Source: Bacillota bacterium (GTDB lineage Bacteria; Bacillota; UBA994; UBA5500). Taken from it: DNA of 64,000 bases. Under the pieces are notes generated by a model. The model was not told the DNA's origin. It did not search any database and worked only from the letters and a program-made list of their open reading frames with translations. Shown here piece after piece: positions 1 to 9,603 of this stretch. The translations under genes and the position numbers were made by a program. Location: contig JAAYHE010000081.1 in assembly GCA_012735505.1 (NCBI GenBank), forward strand, positions 9,461 through 73,460, read 5' to 3'. How positions within the stretch are numbered: the first letter of the stretch is position 1; the number at the start of each line of letters is the position of its first letter.

Positions 1-699
1 TGCATACTGGGTCAGGGCTTGCAGCTGGGAAGACGAGGCACCGGCTAAAAGAGCGCCAGTGCGTACACTAGCCACAATAAGGGCACCCGTCTTGTGGGTA
101 TGAATATATTCTAAGGCAGCAGTCGGTTCACCATCCCGAGCTTGCCCCTTTTCCCAAAGGATATCGACACTTTGACCGCCCACCATACCCTGGGAGCCGG
201 CGGCACAGGCAATCTCGCCAATAACCTGCAATTTACATGCGGCGGAAAATCCCTCTAAATGCTGCGTCAAAATTTCAAAACCTAAGGTAAGTAGAGCATC
301 GCCAGCAAGGATAGCTAAGCCCTCACCGAATACTTTATGATTTGTAGCCATGCCCCGGCGGTAGTCGTCATTGTCCATGGCAGGTAGGTCATCATGAATC
401 AATGAATAGGTATGGATACACTCGAGGGCGCAAGCCGCCGGTAAGGCTGCGGCCAGCGGTTCGCCGGCTATAGCCTGAGCTGCAGCCAAAACCAATATGG
501 GGCGCAATCGCTTCCCCCCCGCCATCACGCTATAACGCATAGCGGTATGCAACTGGGTAGGTTGTTGTTCTGCTGCAGGCAAGTAGCGTTCGAGAGCAGC
601 ATTGACCACAGCAGCTTGCTGACGAAGATAGCTATCTAAATCAAAACCCAACTTCAGAGCCCCCCAGCTGTTTAAAAGGTTGGCGTGTGAGCTGGTCAT
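1..699 (-). CDS. ispA: Farnesyl/geranyl diphosphate synthase; 5' part only, gene runs off the window start. True start is ATG at 699 or TTG at 651.
   Basis: Reverse-strand translation gives polyprenyl synthetase motifs (LIHDDLPAMDNDDYRRG; ...GGKRLRP...). Lies downstream of xseB, as in the Bacillus xseA-xseB-ispA operon. Confidence 0.75.
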   Translation of the reverse strand, partial: MTSSHANLLNSWGALKLGFDLDSYLRQQAAVVNAALERYLPAAEQQPTQLHTAMRYSVMAGGKRLRPILVLAAAQAIAGEPLAAALPAACALECIHTYSLIHDDLPAMDNDDYRRGMATNHKVFGEGLAILAGDALLTLGFEILTQHLEGFSAACKLQVIGEIACAAGSQGMVGGQSVDILWEKGQARDGEPTAALEYIHTHKTGALIVASVRTGALLAGASSSQLQALTQYA

Positions 700-907
700 T
701 AGAATCGGGCAATAGTATTTCGATTTTTTCCTCAGCAGCCTGAAGATGTTGTTGGCATTGTCGCACCATTTCAATGCCCTCGGCAAATATCTTGAGCGAC
801 TCCTCTAAGGAAAGGTTCCCTGCCTCAAGTTGTTCTACTACCGCCTGCACACGCTGCAAACATTCTTCAAAGCTAGGAGTTGTCTTCTCTGGCTCGGGCA
901 GTGACAT
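641..907 (-). CDS. xseB: Exodeoxyribonuclease VII small subunit
   Basis: 88 aa. SFEECLQRVQAVVEQLE..LSLEESLKIFAEG is typical of XseB. Stop abuts xseA. Confidence 0.85.
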   Translation of the reverse strand: MSLPEPEKTTPSFEECLQRVQAVVEQLEAGNLSLEESLKIFAEGIEMVRQCQQHLQAAEEKIEILLPDSNDQLTRQPFKQLGGSEVGF

Positions 908-908
908 C

Positions 909-2111
909 TTAAATCCCCCCTGTGGATATTACTTGACTATGAATACGTCCTTTTGCTAAAACAATTTCCAACTGGTCTCCGACCTGAACAGCATCTGCAG
1001 CTCGGATCACTTCCTCCTGCCGATTCAAAACAATGCTATACCCTCGAGCTAAGACAGCCAGGGGGCTCAAGGCCTGTAATTTGCTAGCGTTAGCTTGTAG
1101 CTGGTGTGAAGCATGCGTTAACTGCTTATTCATAGCGTTAATCATTCGGGTCTCTAAAGAATCAAGAGTCTGCGTCAAGTTACTTATAGTACGCTCCGGG
1201 TGGTGCAAAGCTAGGCGTGCACTCAAGGCTTGAGCAGCCTGCCATTTACGTAACACCAGGTTATATGTAGCTCCGATTAAGCGTTGCTCTAAAGCTTTTA
1301 AGCCAGCCTCCAACTCATTTAGAACAGGCACCACGGCTTCGGCCGCAGCGCTAGGCGTAGGCGCCCGCAAGTCAGCAACAAAATCGGCAATGGTAAAATC
1401 GGTTTCATGACCGACAGCAGAAACAACAGGTTTAGGGCAGGCATAAATAGCGCGGGCGACTCGTTCATCGTTAAATGCCCATAATTCCTCAATAGAACCT
1501 CCGCCCCGCCCCAAAATGATTACATCCACTTCTGGAACAGCACCCAGGTATTGTAGGGCTCGCACAATACTTGGTGGAGCCTCTGCACCCTGGACAACAA
1601 CCGGTGCCAGCAGGATTTGGGCTCGCGGGAAGCGACGCCTAATTACTGTCAACATATCCTGTAAGGCGGCCCCAGTGGGAGACGTCGCAATTCCTATCAC
1701 CCGAGGCAAAAATGGTAGCGCTTGTTTGTGCGCAGCCGCAAAGAGCCCTTCGCGCTCTAATTTCTCTTTTAACTCTAAGAAAGCCAGGTGTAATTGCCCC
1801 TGGCCGGCCGGCCGCATACTATTTACGTAGAGCTGATATTGCCCGTCGCGTTCGTAAACGCTAATGTTGCCTTGGGCGATTACCTGCATGCCATCCTGGG
1901 GTATAAACTGCAAGCCGCTAGCACGGCTGCGAAACATGACTGACCGAATGCAACTTTTTGCGTCTTTCAGAGTGAAGTACATATGACCAGAGCTATGGTG
2001 CTTAAAGTTGGATATTTCGCCTTGGATTAACACCTTGGCCAAGACCTCATCCCCGTCTAACAAAGCTCGCAAGTATCTCGTAATCTGGCTTACAGAAAAA
2101 ACTTTAATCAA
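909..2111 (-). CDS. xseA: Exodeoxyribonuclease VII large subunit
   Basis: 400 aa. N-terminus MIKVFSVSQITRYLRALLDGD.. and length match XseA (OB-fold plus catalytic domain). Confidence 0.9.
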   Translation of the reverse strand: MIKVFSVSQITRYLRALLDGDEVLAKVLIQGEISNFKHHSSGHMYFTLKDAKSCIRSVMFRSRASGLQFIPQDGMQVIAQGNISVYERDGQYQLYVNSMRPAGQGQLHLAFLELKEKLEREGLFAAAHKQALPFLPRVIGIATSPTGAALQDMLTVIRRRFPRAQILLAPVVVQGAEAPPSIVRALQYLGAVPEVDVIILGRGGGSIEELWAFNDERVARAIYACPKPVVSAVGHETDFTIADFVADLRAPTPSAAAEAVVPVLNELEAGLKALEQRLIGATYNLVLRKWQAAQALSARLALHHPERTISNLTQTLDSLETRMINAMNKQLTHASHQLQANASKLQALSPLAVLARGYSIVLNRQEEVIRAADAVQVGDQLEIVLAKGRIHSQVISTGGI

Positions 2112-3076
2112 AACCTTTCCCCACCACCCTGCCGCAAAAACTTCTCCCGGGCTAACTTTGCCACACCAACCGCGTTATCTGTACATAAGTGTGGCTCAAT
2201 AAATTCCAAGGTCAAAAACCCCTGTAAGCGATGTGATAGGCGGCGGCGAATAAGCTGATTACTCATCACGCCCCCTACCATCAATACCTGGCGGAGTCCT
2301 TCTTCCTCTACTATAGCGCGTAATACTTTTTCCAAAGAGTTTGCCACTACCCGCAAAGTTGCAAAGGCAATTTCTGCCGCATCTTCTCCCTGTTCCACTA
2401 GACGCAAAGCAGCACTACATGGGCCCGAAAAGCTAAAGCCGACCCGGGCCGGAGCAGAAGCCAAGGATAAGCGGCCCGTCGCCCCGAGTGCCAAACGTTC
2501 CAGGTGAGGTCCGGCAGGAAAGGGTAAACCTAAAGCTACGCCCACGCGATCGATCATTTGCCCGGCACTGAGGTCACTAGTTGCTGCTAAGAGGTCGATG
2601 TCAAAACCGACTCCAGCCTTCGGGGTAACACGCAAGGCCTCGGTGGTGCCTCCAGACAAGTGCACCGCCAAAAAAGGCATATGAAGCCGGGCCAAATCAA
2701 TGCCGGCAGCAATGTGCCCTTCTTGATGTGAAAATTGAAAAAGTGGAGCTCGGCTCGCCGCAGTCATGCCCATAGCCACAGCCACACCAGCAAGAAACAC
2801 CGGCATGTAAGAACCCTCCACAGGTCTGGGCTGAGAGCTAACACCAACGGCTTTAATCTGCCCCTCGGGCAGATCCGCCTGCTCCAACAGTTGCGTTAGG
2901 TTGCGAACGTGATAAAAAACCCCATCCCTTTGCCTGAGACCATGCTCGCCTAAGGCGACAGGTAAGACTATACGCTTATCTGCCATAAGCCTGCCATCTT
3001 CATCAAGCACAGCCAGGGAGGTTGTATAACAACTAGTATCAACGCCTATGTACAAAAATTGACCCATATTAACCAT
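2108..3076 (-). CDS. Kae1/TsaD-family (peptidase M22, ASKHA fold) paralog
   Basis: 322 aa. N-terminal YIGVDTSCYTTSLAVLDEDG, an HQEGH metal-binding motif and GGVMSNQLIRRRL all resemble TsaD/Kae1. Overlaps xseA by 4 nt and nusB by 8 nt. Confidence 0.5.
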   Translation of the reverse strand: MVNMGQFLYIGVDTSCYTTSLAVLDEDGRLMADKRIVLPVALGEHGLRQRDGVFYHVRNLTQLLEQADLPEGQIKAVGVSSQPRPVEGSYMPVFLAGVAVAMGMTAASRAPLFQFSHQEGHIAAGIDLARLHMPFLAVHLSGGTTEALRVTPKAGVGFDIDLLAATSDLSAGQMIDRVGVALGLPFPAGPHLERLALGATGRLSLASAPARVGFSFSGPCSAALRLVEQGEDAAEIAFATLRVVANSLEKVLRAIVEEEGLRQVLMVGGVMSNQLIRRRLSHRLQGFLTLEFIEPHLCTDNAVGVAKLAREKFLRQGGGERF

Positions 3077-3467
3077 CCCGCGCCAAGTTTCCTAGGAGGC
3101 CATTTATAAAGCGACCAGACTCCTCGGTACCATAGCGATGAGCCAACTCTACTGCCTCATTGATAATTACCCCTGTAGGTGTGCCTATCTCGGCGAGCAT
3201 TTCGCCAATAGCCAAACGTAGAATGCTGCGGTCAACGCGCGGCAAACGCTCTAAACTCCAGTCAACGCTTTTGGCCTTAATGATGGCGTCACTCTCAGCT
3301 TGGTGTTCTATAGCTAAATTGACTAGATCTTCGGCAAAGGGAATCAGTTCTTCTGACAGCGGAGTTGTTTCCAGAGCAAAATTGAAGGCATCTTCTTTGG
3401 TTATATGTCCGATATCCATTTGAAAAAGGGTGCGTAAGGCAACCTCGCGAGCCAAACGACGACTCAT
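3069..3467 (-). CDS. nusB: Transcription antitermination factor NusB
   Basis: 132 aa; MSRRLAREVALRTLFQMDI.. is a canonical NusB N-terminus. Confidence 0.85.
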   Translation of the reverse strand: MSRRLAREVALRTLFQMDIGHITKEDAFNFALETTPLSEELIPFAEDLVNLAIEHQAESDAIIKAKSVDWSLERLPRVDRSILRLAIGEMLAEIGTPTGVIINEAVELAHRYGTEESGRFINGLLGNLARDG

Positions 3468-3645
3468 TAGGCATCATTCCTTTACATGGAAATTTATAAA
3501 AAACCGCTCTGGGGCGGTTTAGTCGTCTTGGCGCCAGCGTCTCACCAGTCGCGCAAACCACCTAGCTCGTCTACACGAGAACAAACGCCATACCCGAGAG
3601 CGACTACGGTTATGGTAATAATTGCCGAGGGAGTACCCTGGCTAG

Positions 3646-4044
3646 CTATTTGGACTTGCCTGCTTCCTCGCTTTTTTGTACAGCAAAATGGACACCTTGC
3701 ACATGTACGTTAACTTCTACAACCTGCAAACCAGTCATGTTGGCAATAGCATTACGAACGTTTTGCTGCACCGCCTTGGCTACCTCATGAATTCTAGCAC
3801 CGTGCTCGATGATGATATTGAGATCGACTGCAGCCTGTTTGTCACCGACCTGCACCTTAACACCTTTAGAAAGGTTTTTCTTACCTAGCATCTCTGACAC
3901 GCTGCCGGCAATTCCGCTACCACTCATACCGGCCACTCCAGCCACTTCGCTAGCAGCAAGGCCAGCAATAACCGCTACAACATCATCAGATATCCGAATG
4001 GTCCCCGCTTCGCGATATTCTTCGTAGGTATTACCCTTACTCAT
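3646..4044 (-). CDS. Asp23/Gls24 family alkaline-shock/envelope stress protein
   Basis: Contains GTIRISDDVVAVIAGLAASEVAGVAGMSG. Start placed at MSKGNTY, which has a good AGGAGG RBS. The longer ORF-track start at 4113 is rejected. Confidence 0.8.
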   Translation of the reverse strand: MSKGNTYEEYREAGTIRISDDVVAVIAGLAASEVAGVAGMSGSGIAGSVSEMLGKKNLSKGVKVQVGDKQAAVDLNIIIEHGARIHEVAKAVQQNVRNAIANMTGLQVVEVNVHVQGVHFAVQKSEEAGKSK

Positions 4045-4181
4045 TATGTTTGCCTCCTTTTCTATCTCCAATCGACATCCGTGGGAAAATGAGGTTAGCC
4101 AGAAAGAATCCACCCCTATTATACTAGAGGTGCTTAACCATCACAATCTTTCCCTTAGGGCACTATTTAACCTCTACATGC

Positions 4182-4214
4182 AAAAAAAGAGGCCTCGCTC
4201 CTGCGACAGACCTC
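4182..4214 (-). terminator. Rho-independent terminator after spoIIIAH
   Basis: Minus strand reads GAGGUCUGUCGC-AGGA-GCGAGGCCUC followed by U7. Confidence 0.5.
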
Positions 4215-4229
4215 ATTGCACTCCGCTTC

Positions 4230-4778
4230 TCAACTTCTTTCGATCACCCGTACCGAGCTCGCATCCAAATTTAAAGCGCTAGCAACTAACTCGGTAATCT
4301 GAATTGCTTCCGCCTGACTAAGACCTGAGGTTTTTACAATTATGTGGGCAATATCGTTATTGATTAGTAGGATGGCATCAGCAAAGCCCTTGCTCATTAC
4401 TAGTTTTTCTACCGCCATCTCTTTCTCCATAGTTTGGGTCAGTATCAGCCACTCGGTTTGTGCCTGTTGTCTGACAGCATCATTAGTATTAACATTATTG
4501 ATAATTTCTCGCAGAAGTTCTATTTGCAAACTGCGTTGCTTGTCTCTTTCTAAACGATGTTCGTTAAAGAAGTCTTTAGATAGCTTGCCGATTGAATCAG
4601 GCTGGTCGGAGGGCATAAGCCCAGGAGGAATGGGCGCGTCTACTGGAACAACATCATCTGGATTGTCTGCTAGCTGTAAATAATAGCTGTTCATAAGATA
4701 GTAACCTGACACAGCCAAAAAAACTAGGAGTGTTAGGCTGAGGATTACCGACCTACCATTAATGACCATTACTTTCAC
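4230..4778 (-). CDS. spoIIIAH: Stage III sporulation protein AH
   Basis: 182 aa; N-terminal TM segment; last gene of the spoIIIA operon. Confidence 0.65.
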   Translation of the reverse strand: MKVMVINGRSVILSLTLLVFLAVSGYYLMNSYYLQLADNPDDVVPVDAPIPPGLMPSDQPDSIGKLSKDFFNEHRLERDKQRSLQIELLREIINNVNTNDAVRQQAQTEWLILTQTMEKEMAVEKLVMSKGFADAILLINNDIAHIIVKTSGLSQAEAIQITELVASALNLDASSVRVIERS

Positions 4779-4779
4779 C

Positions 4780-5385
4780 TCATTTACCTGGTAAGACTTG
4801 AACTAGATGAGCTGGCACATTACATATGGTTTGCACTGCTCGGGTCAATTCTAAGCGAACATCAGCCCGATCGGCACCTTGGGCGACGATGACTACCCCA
4901 TTTATCGGGGGTAGTTTTTCCTGTATTCGCATCATTTGATTGCTGCTATTAGTAAGCAAGTTGCTCGACTTACTATCTTCCTGTATCACTCGCGTTCCTC
5001 CATTACTATCTTTTTCTTCCGTTGTTCTCTGAGACGTTTGCACACTCATAGCCGGCACTATTTCAGGGCCACTGGCAAGGGAAAGCATCACTCTAACCTC
5101 ACCCACCCCCTGTATGCCTGAAAGAAGTTCGGCCAGTTGTTCTTCTAGCGACTGGCGGTAGGCTGTAATCTGTTCTAAGATGGCATCGCCTGATTGAACT
5201 TGCCCGCCGACAGGAGTAGCGTTAGGAATAGGCATTGTTGCAGGTTGCCCTGGCCATAGTAATTGTATGGCGAGTAACGCCACTACCCCGATCAAACCTA
5301 CTAGCAGAAAGCGATTATTACCTAGGCGTCCCCAGATAGTGGTCATAGATTGCCCATCAAGAACCCTTTGGGAATTATTCAACAT
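4780..5385 (-). CDS. spoIIIAG: Stage III sporulation protein AG
   Basis: 201 aa; TM anchor; position in operon. Confidence 0.65.
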   Translation of the reverse strand: MLNNSQRVLDGQSMTTIWGRLGNNRFLLVGLIGVVALLAIQLLWPGQPATMPIPNATPVGGQVQSGDAILEQITAYRQSLEEQLAELLSGIQGVGEVRVMLSLASGPEIVPAMSVQTSQRTTEEKDSNGGTRVIQEDSKSSNLLTNSSNQMMRIQEKLPPINGVVIVAQGADRADVRLELTRAVQTICNVPAHLVQVLPGK

Positions 5386-5387
5386 AC

Positions 5388-6005
5388 TTACCCCTCCCCC
5401 TTGATTGTTACTAACACTTGCTCTGTAGCAAGCGAAAAATGTCGGGCAATTGCCAGTCGGATACTGGCCTGCTTAGCTTCAGCCCATGCTGTCTCTGCCG
5501 GCTGTGCACCGGGCGTCTTATGTCCCACATCTACTGATTGTATGCTCGCCACAGGTTTAACAGCATTCGGGGTTCTTCGACAGACAAGATGGAGTCGAAT
5601 GATGCGACCATAATCGTCGGCTTCTCTGTCTTCGACCAACTCCACTTCACATGCTTCCAGCTCCAGCTCTCCTTCTCGGCGAGTGATGTCTTGCACCTGT
5701 TGATACAAGATAGAACGATAAACCTGCACCAGGGCAGCATCATTTTGTCGCTGCAGCAATTCGCTACCAGCCCTTAGTTCAGCCCAGGAAGTCGCTATTT
5801 GTGCTTGCCCCAAAAGTTCATTGAGATCCCAAGAGCTTTGTGTGAGAGCAACGATAGGCTGAAGTAAAGTCAAAATCATGACCAGGGCTAGCGCTAGCTG
5901 CGCATAACGGCGCATGCGACCACTCGGTAAAATAATCTGCAAAAAGGCAGCTAAAACGATGATTACAAGTATGCTTTGCACGAATTGCCTAACGGCTATC
6001 AACAT
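5388..6005 (-). CDS. spoIIIAF: Stage III sporulation protein AF
   Basis: 205 aa; two N-terminal TM segments; position in operon. Confidence 0.6.
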   Translation of the reverse strand: MLIAVRQFVQSILVIIVLAAFLQIILPSGRMRRYAQLALALVMILTLLQPIVALTQSSWDLNELLGQAQIATSWAELRAGSELLQRQNDAALVQVYRSILYQQVQDITRREGELELEACEVELVEDREADDYGRIIRLHLVCRRTPNAVKPVASIQSVDVGHKTPGAQPAETAWAEAKQASIRLAIARHFSLATEQVLVTIKGEG

Positions 6006-6028
6006 CAGCCCCTACCTCCACAACAGCT

Positions 6029-7204
6029 TTATCGCAACATGAGAGCGCTATTGCCAGTGCCAACAATAACTGTGATCAGGATGAATAACATCACACCTAC
6101 GACTGCGAGAGCACCAAAAAAATAGGCAAAAATACCGGAAATTTCGTTAAGGGCATTAGACAATAGGCCGCCACCTAAAGGTTGAATTACAGCTGCAACC
6201 AGCCGGTAAATGGCGAATAGGGAAATGATACGAATCGCAGGCAAAGCGCAGTAAAGAAGGACACCAACAGCCCCTACAAAGCTAAGGGTATTGCCGAGCA
6301 AAATGGTACAACCGGCGATAGTCTCGTAACCATCGGCTATCATGCTTCCTACTACCGGCAAAAAGGTCTTCACAGCAAACTTGCCAGCCCGCAAAGCCAC
6401 ACCATCTGCTACTGCCCCCACGGTAGCTTGGGCAATATTAAAACCTACGAATGCCATAAATAAAACTCCCATAATACCGGCACCAATGTCGCGTAGCAAA
6501 TAGGCAAAGCGGGATATTTTTAGATTTTGCGAGAGGTTATTAGCCAAAAGCAGAACTCCAGCAAAGAAGATAAGGGGTACAGCCAGGTTGACGATCAGCG
6601 TACTGATGGCTGTTAGCACCAACATCAAGACTGGGTTAAATAAAGCTGCAGAGCTGATATTTCCAGCGGCCATAATGACAGTCAGCAAGAGTGGAAATAG
6701 CGCGTGCACAAAACTAAGCATATTCGTAAGAGCGTCTCTCGTTAAGCCCAAAGCCCGCCCGAAGCTTTGCAGGGCAAATCCCATAATCACTAAATAACAA
6801 ATCAGGTAGGCTATATCGGCCACCTCGCCTGCTAGAGCCTCGTGCAAGTGTTGTAAGAGGACACAAAGCAAAGCTAAAACGAGGAGACGAATGAGCAGCA
6901 CCGATTGAGCACTTAATTCGCGAAACAGCAGTGTGAGCAAAGCTCTAAAGACCTGGGTAAAGGAAAATCCGTCTTGCTTTCTAATAGAGTCAAGAACGCT
7001 TCTTAAGGACAAGTCGGGCAGCAAGCCAGCGTATTCTTCTTCCAACTGCCTCAAATAGCTATCAAGATCAGATGTATCGACAGCTTGTAACTGCTGCTCA
7101 ATTATTTGGTCTACAGGGTCAGATTCTGTGGCAGTCCTAGCCTCGGCTACTGATGGTAACAATAAGCACAATAATAGGGTTAAGACAAATAACTTGCGGG
7201 CCAT
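6029..7204 (-). CDS. spoIIIAE: Stage III sporulation protein AE
   Basis: 391 aa polytopic membrane protein with signal peptide; position in operon. Confidence 0.75.
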   Translation of the reverse strand: MARKLFVLTLLLCLLLPSVAEARTATESDPVDQIIEQQLQAVDTSDLDSYLRQLEEEYAGLLPDLSLRSVLDSIRKQDGFSFTQVFRALLTLLFRELSAQSVLLIRLLVLALLCVLLQHLHEALAGEVADIAYLICYLVIMGFALQSFGRALGLTRDALTNMLSFVHALFPLLLTVIMAAGNISSAALFNPVLMLVLTAISTLIVNLAVPLIFFAGVLLLANNLSQNLKISRFAYLLRDIGAGIMGVLFMAFVGFNIAQATVGAVADGVALRAGKFAVKTFLPVVGSMIADGYETIAGCTILLGNTLSFVGAVGVLLYCALPAIRIISLFAIYRLVAAVIQPLGGGLLSNALNEISGIFAYFFGALAVVGVMLFILITVIVGTGNSALMLR

Positions 7205-7237
7205 TCTATTACACCCTTCCTAAAACATCGCTTGTCT

Positions 7238-7624
7238 CTATGGCAGCAGCTTCAGGACCGAATCCAATATGACCAACACTATCGGGATAGACAGAGTGAG
7301 GATAATTACCTTCCCAGCCAGCTCAACCTTACTTGCGATGGCACTCTCCTGTGCATCTCGGCAAATTTGGGCTCCAAACTCAGCTATGTACGCAACTCCC
7401 ACAATTTTGAGCAAGGCACCCAAATGCAAACTGCCAACATCGGTCTTGGCCGCTATCGAGCTAAGCGTGGCGACAATCATGCCTATTTTGGGTACAGCCG
7501 CGGCAAAAATCATCGCTCCTACCAAAATAGAAAGCACCAAGGCCATCTCAGGCCGGCTTTGCCGGAGAATGAGCAGGAGGACTGTCGCTGTAACCGCCAA
7601 CAGGGCAATCGCTGTGATTTCCAT
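7238..7624 (-). CDS. spoIIIAD: Stage III sporulation protein AD
   Basis: 128 aa, 4 TM segments; MEITAIALLAVTATVLLLIL.. Confidence 0.75.
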   Translation of the reverse strand: MEITAIALLAVTATVLLLILRQSRPEMALVLSILVGAMIFAAAVPKIGMIVATLSSIAAKTDVGSLHLGALLKIVGVAYIAEFGAQICRDAQESAIASKVELAGKVIILTLSIPIVLVILDSVLKLLP

Positions 7625-7638
7625 CCCAGCCTCACCTG

Positions 7639-7839
7639 CTAAAACTGGAACATGGCTCGAATGGTGAAAAACAGCTCATTCATCCAGCGAATAACAGTAA
7701 ACATGACCACAATCACACCGAGTAACACTAAGACCTGAGCATACTCCTCACGCCCCGACTTTTCGAGAATTTTGTGCAATATAGCAACTACAAAACCGAA
7801 CACAGCAACCTGGAGAATGACTGAGTAATTGATGCCCAT
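7639..7839 (-). CDS. spoIIIAC: Stage III sporulation protein AC
   Basis: About 66 aa, 2 TM segments; MGINYSVILQVAVFGFVVAIL.. The upstream in-frame extension in the ORF track is rejected. Confidence 0.7.
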   Translation of the reverse strand: MGINYSVILQVAVFGFVVAILHKILEKSGREEYAQVLVLLGVIVVMFTVIRWMNELFFTIRAMFQF

Positions 7840-7877
7840 GTTACTACCCCCTTCCCCCAACCACCAATAGGCCTGTC

Positions 7878-8405
7878 TTATACTAAAACTATGACGAGCA
7901 TGAGCCCTGATAGTACGCCTAGATAGCGCCACATTCTTTCATTTTGTTGTCGTTCTTGTTCTGCCCGAGCTTCTTCGCGCTGCAAATGTTGCACTGCCAA
8001 GAGTAAGTGACGTTCTTGATCACGGCGATCTGACAATCCCAATACCGCCCCCAACTGTTGCACTATTGCTAGATCGCTAGCAGTGATGGCAGAGACCTTT
8101 AGCAAGGCATCAATGCCTACCTGCCAGGCGATTGCCGCCGTGCAACCAGGCTGGGATAAACTAGTTGCTGCCGCTCGCAACATCACTTGGGCCGGAGGGC
8201 TATGAGTAGAAGCTAGGTTTGAAAAAGCCTCTGGCAAAGGTGTTGCTCCATATGCTATTTCCGTAGCCAAGCCCTGCAGGACCGATTGTAGCTGTCGCAA
8301 GTGTTCTGGGCGCTCACGGTAACGGCGAGCAACGTCAAACCCAATTTTGGTGGTAGTTGCTAGAATTAAACTACTAGCAATGAGCTTAACTAACCAAAGG
8401 GGCAT
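7878..8405 (-). CDS. spoIIIAB: Stage III sporulation protein AB
   Basis: 175 aa; position between AA and AC. Confidence 0.6.
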   Translation of the reverse strand: MPLWLVKLIASSLILATTTKIGFDVARRYRERPEHLRQLQSVLQGLATEIAYGATPLPEAFSNLASTHSPPAQVMLRAAATSLSQPGCTAAIAWQVGIDALLKVSAITASDLAIVQQLGAVLGLSDRRDQERHLLLAVQHLQREEARAEQERQQNERMWRYLGVLSGLMLVIVLV

Positions 8406-8419
8406 GCTAGCACCTCCTT

Positions 8420-9370
8420 CTAGACGCTAACCGGGTTCTTTGCTTTATCTAACACGAGCTCTATAGTGCCCGGCCCTTGCCGGGTGCTGAGAAACACATA
8501 GCGGTCAAAGGACCCTTGTGATAAGAGTTCCTGCAAAGCCGGTCTCAGGAGAAGTTCGTCCCAACTGCTGCCGTGGGCGGTGGCAATAACCGTGACACCA
8601 CAATGTAAGGCTTCTTCTATAGCCTCAGCATCCTCTCGTCGCCCTATTTCATCGGTCACCAACACCTCGGGGCCAAGCGAACGCAAAGCCATCATCATCC
8701 CCTCTGCCTTAGGGCAAGCATCTAAGACGTCGGCACGCGGTCCGATATCGAGTTGAGGTACACCCTGATAGCAAGAAGCAAGCTCCGAACGCTCGTCCAC
8801 CACCACGATTTTGTAACCGCGCGAGCATCCTTCACCATAGCTAAGGCTACGTGTTACGTCGCGTAGCATGGTCGTCTTCCCTCCTTGTGGCGGTGCTACC
8901 AACAAGGTGCTAAGTAAGCGGCCCCTTTGGTCGAATAAGTAAGGCAACAAGCTTCGGGCACATCCCAATACTTGGCGAGCAATGCGAATGTTGAAGCCGC
9001 AGATGTACTTTAGAGTTCTCACCCGCCCGTTTTCCGTTACGGCCCGCCCACTCAAGCCTACTCGGTGCCCTCCGCTTATAGTGACATAACCTGAACGCAG
9101 TTCTTCTTCTAGGGCATAGATAGAGCTTTGGCTGATGGTAGCCAAGAGATGGCGTACATGCTCAGGTTCTGCCACCACAATTTCTTGCCAAGCGGGTGAA
9201 AGGCCAGAAGTAGTTAGCACCAATTCTCCCAAACTACCATAGGCTAAGATCGGCCTTCCTTGACGCACCCGCAACTCTTGCACCTGCTGCAAAACAGCTG
9301 GGACTGTTAACGATAAGCATTGGCGCCATTTTTCGGGTAGCAAATCTAGCAGCTGGTCCCACGAGTTCAT
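8420..9370 (-). CDS. spoIIIAA: Stage III sporulation protein AA (secretion-type ATPase)
   Basis: Walker A GGKTTMLRD. Start at MNSWDQ has a GGAGGTG RBS. First gene of the operon. Confidence 0.85.
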   Translation of the reverse strand: MNSWDQLLDLLPEKWRQCLSLTVPAVLQQVQELRVRQGRPILAYGSLGELVLTTSGLSPAWQEIVVAEPEHVRHLLATISQSSIYALEEELRSGYVTISGGHRVGLSGRAVTENGRVRTLKYICGFNIRIARQVLGCARSLLPYLFDQRGRLLSTLLVAPPQGGKTTMLRDVTRSLSYGEGCSRGYKIVVVDERSELASCYQGVPQLDIGPRADVLDACPKAEGMMMALRSLGPEVLVTDEIGRREDAEAIEEALHCGVTVIATAHGSSWDELLLRPALQELLSQGSFDRYVFLSTRQGPGTIELVLDKAKNPVSV

Positions 9371-9443
9371 CGCTTCACCTCCATTTGCTACATGCATATG
9401 GCCTGTCCACCCCGTTTATGCCGTCTAGATCCAGAGCATTAGC

Positions 9444-9476
9444 AAAAAAAAGCGCATGCCGTTTAGACATGCGTTT
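9444..9476 (-). terminator. Rho-independent terminator after patatin gene, upstream of spoIIIA
   Basis: Minus strand reads ACGCAUG-UCUAAACGG-CAUGCGC followed by U8. Confidence 0.55.
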
Positions 9477-9603
9477 GACCAATATAGATTAGTTACAGGC
9501 CAATCTTGTGCAAGAGCGCAGCCAATCTTAGTTGGTTGGCACTAGGACCTCTGAGCGCTGAGGACTGGCCACCCACACCTTCAAGCCAAGGAAAATCGTT
9601 GTC

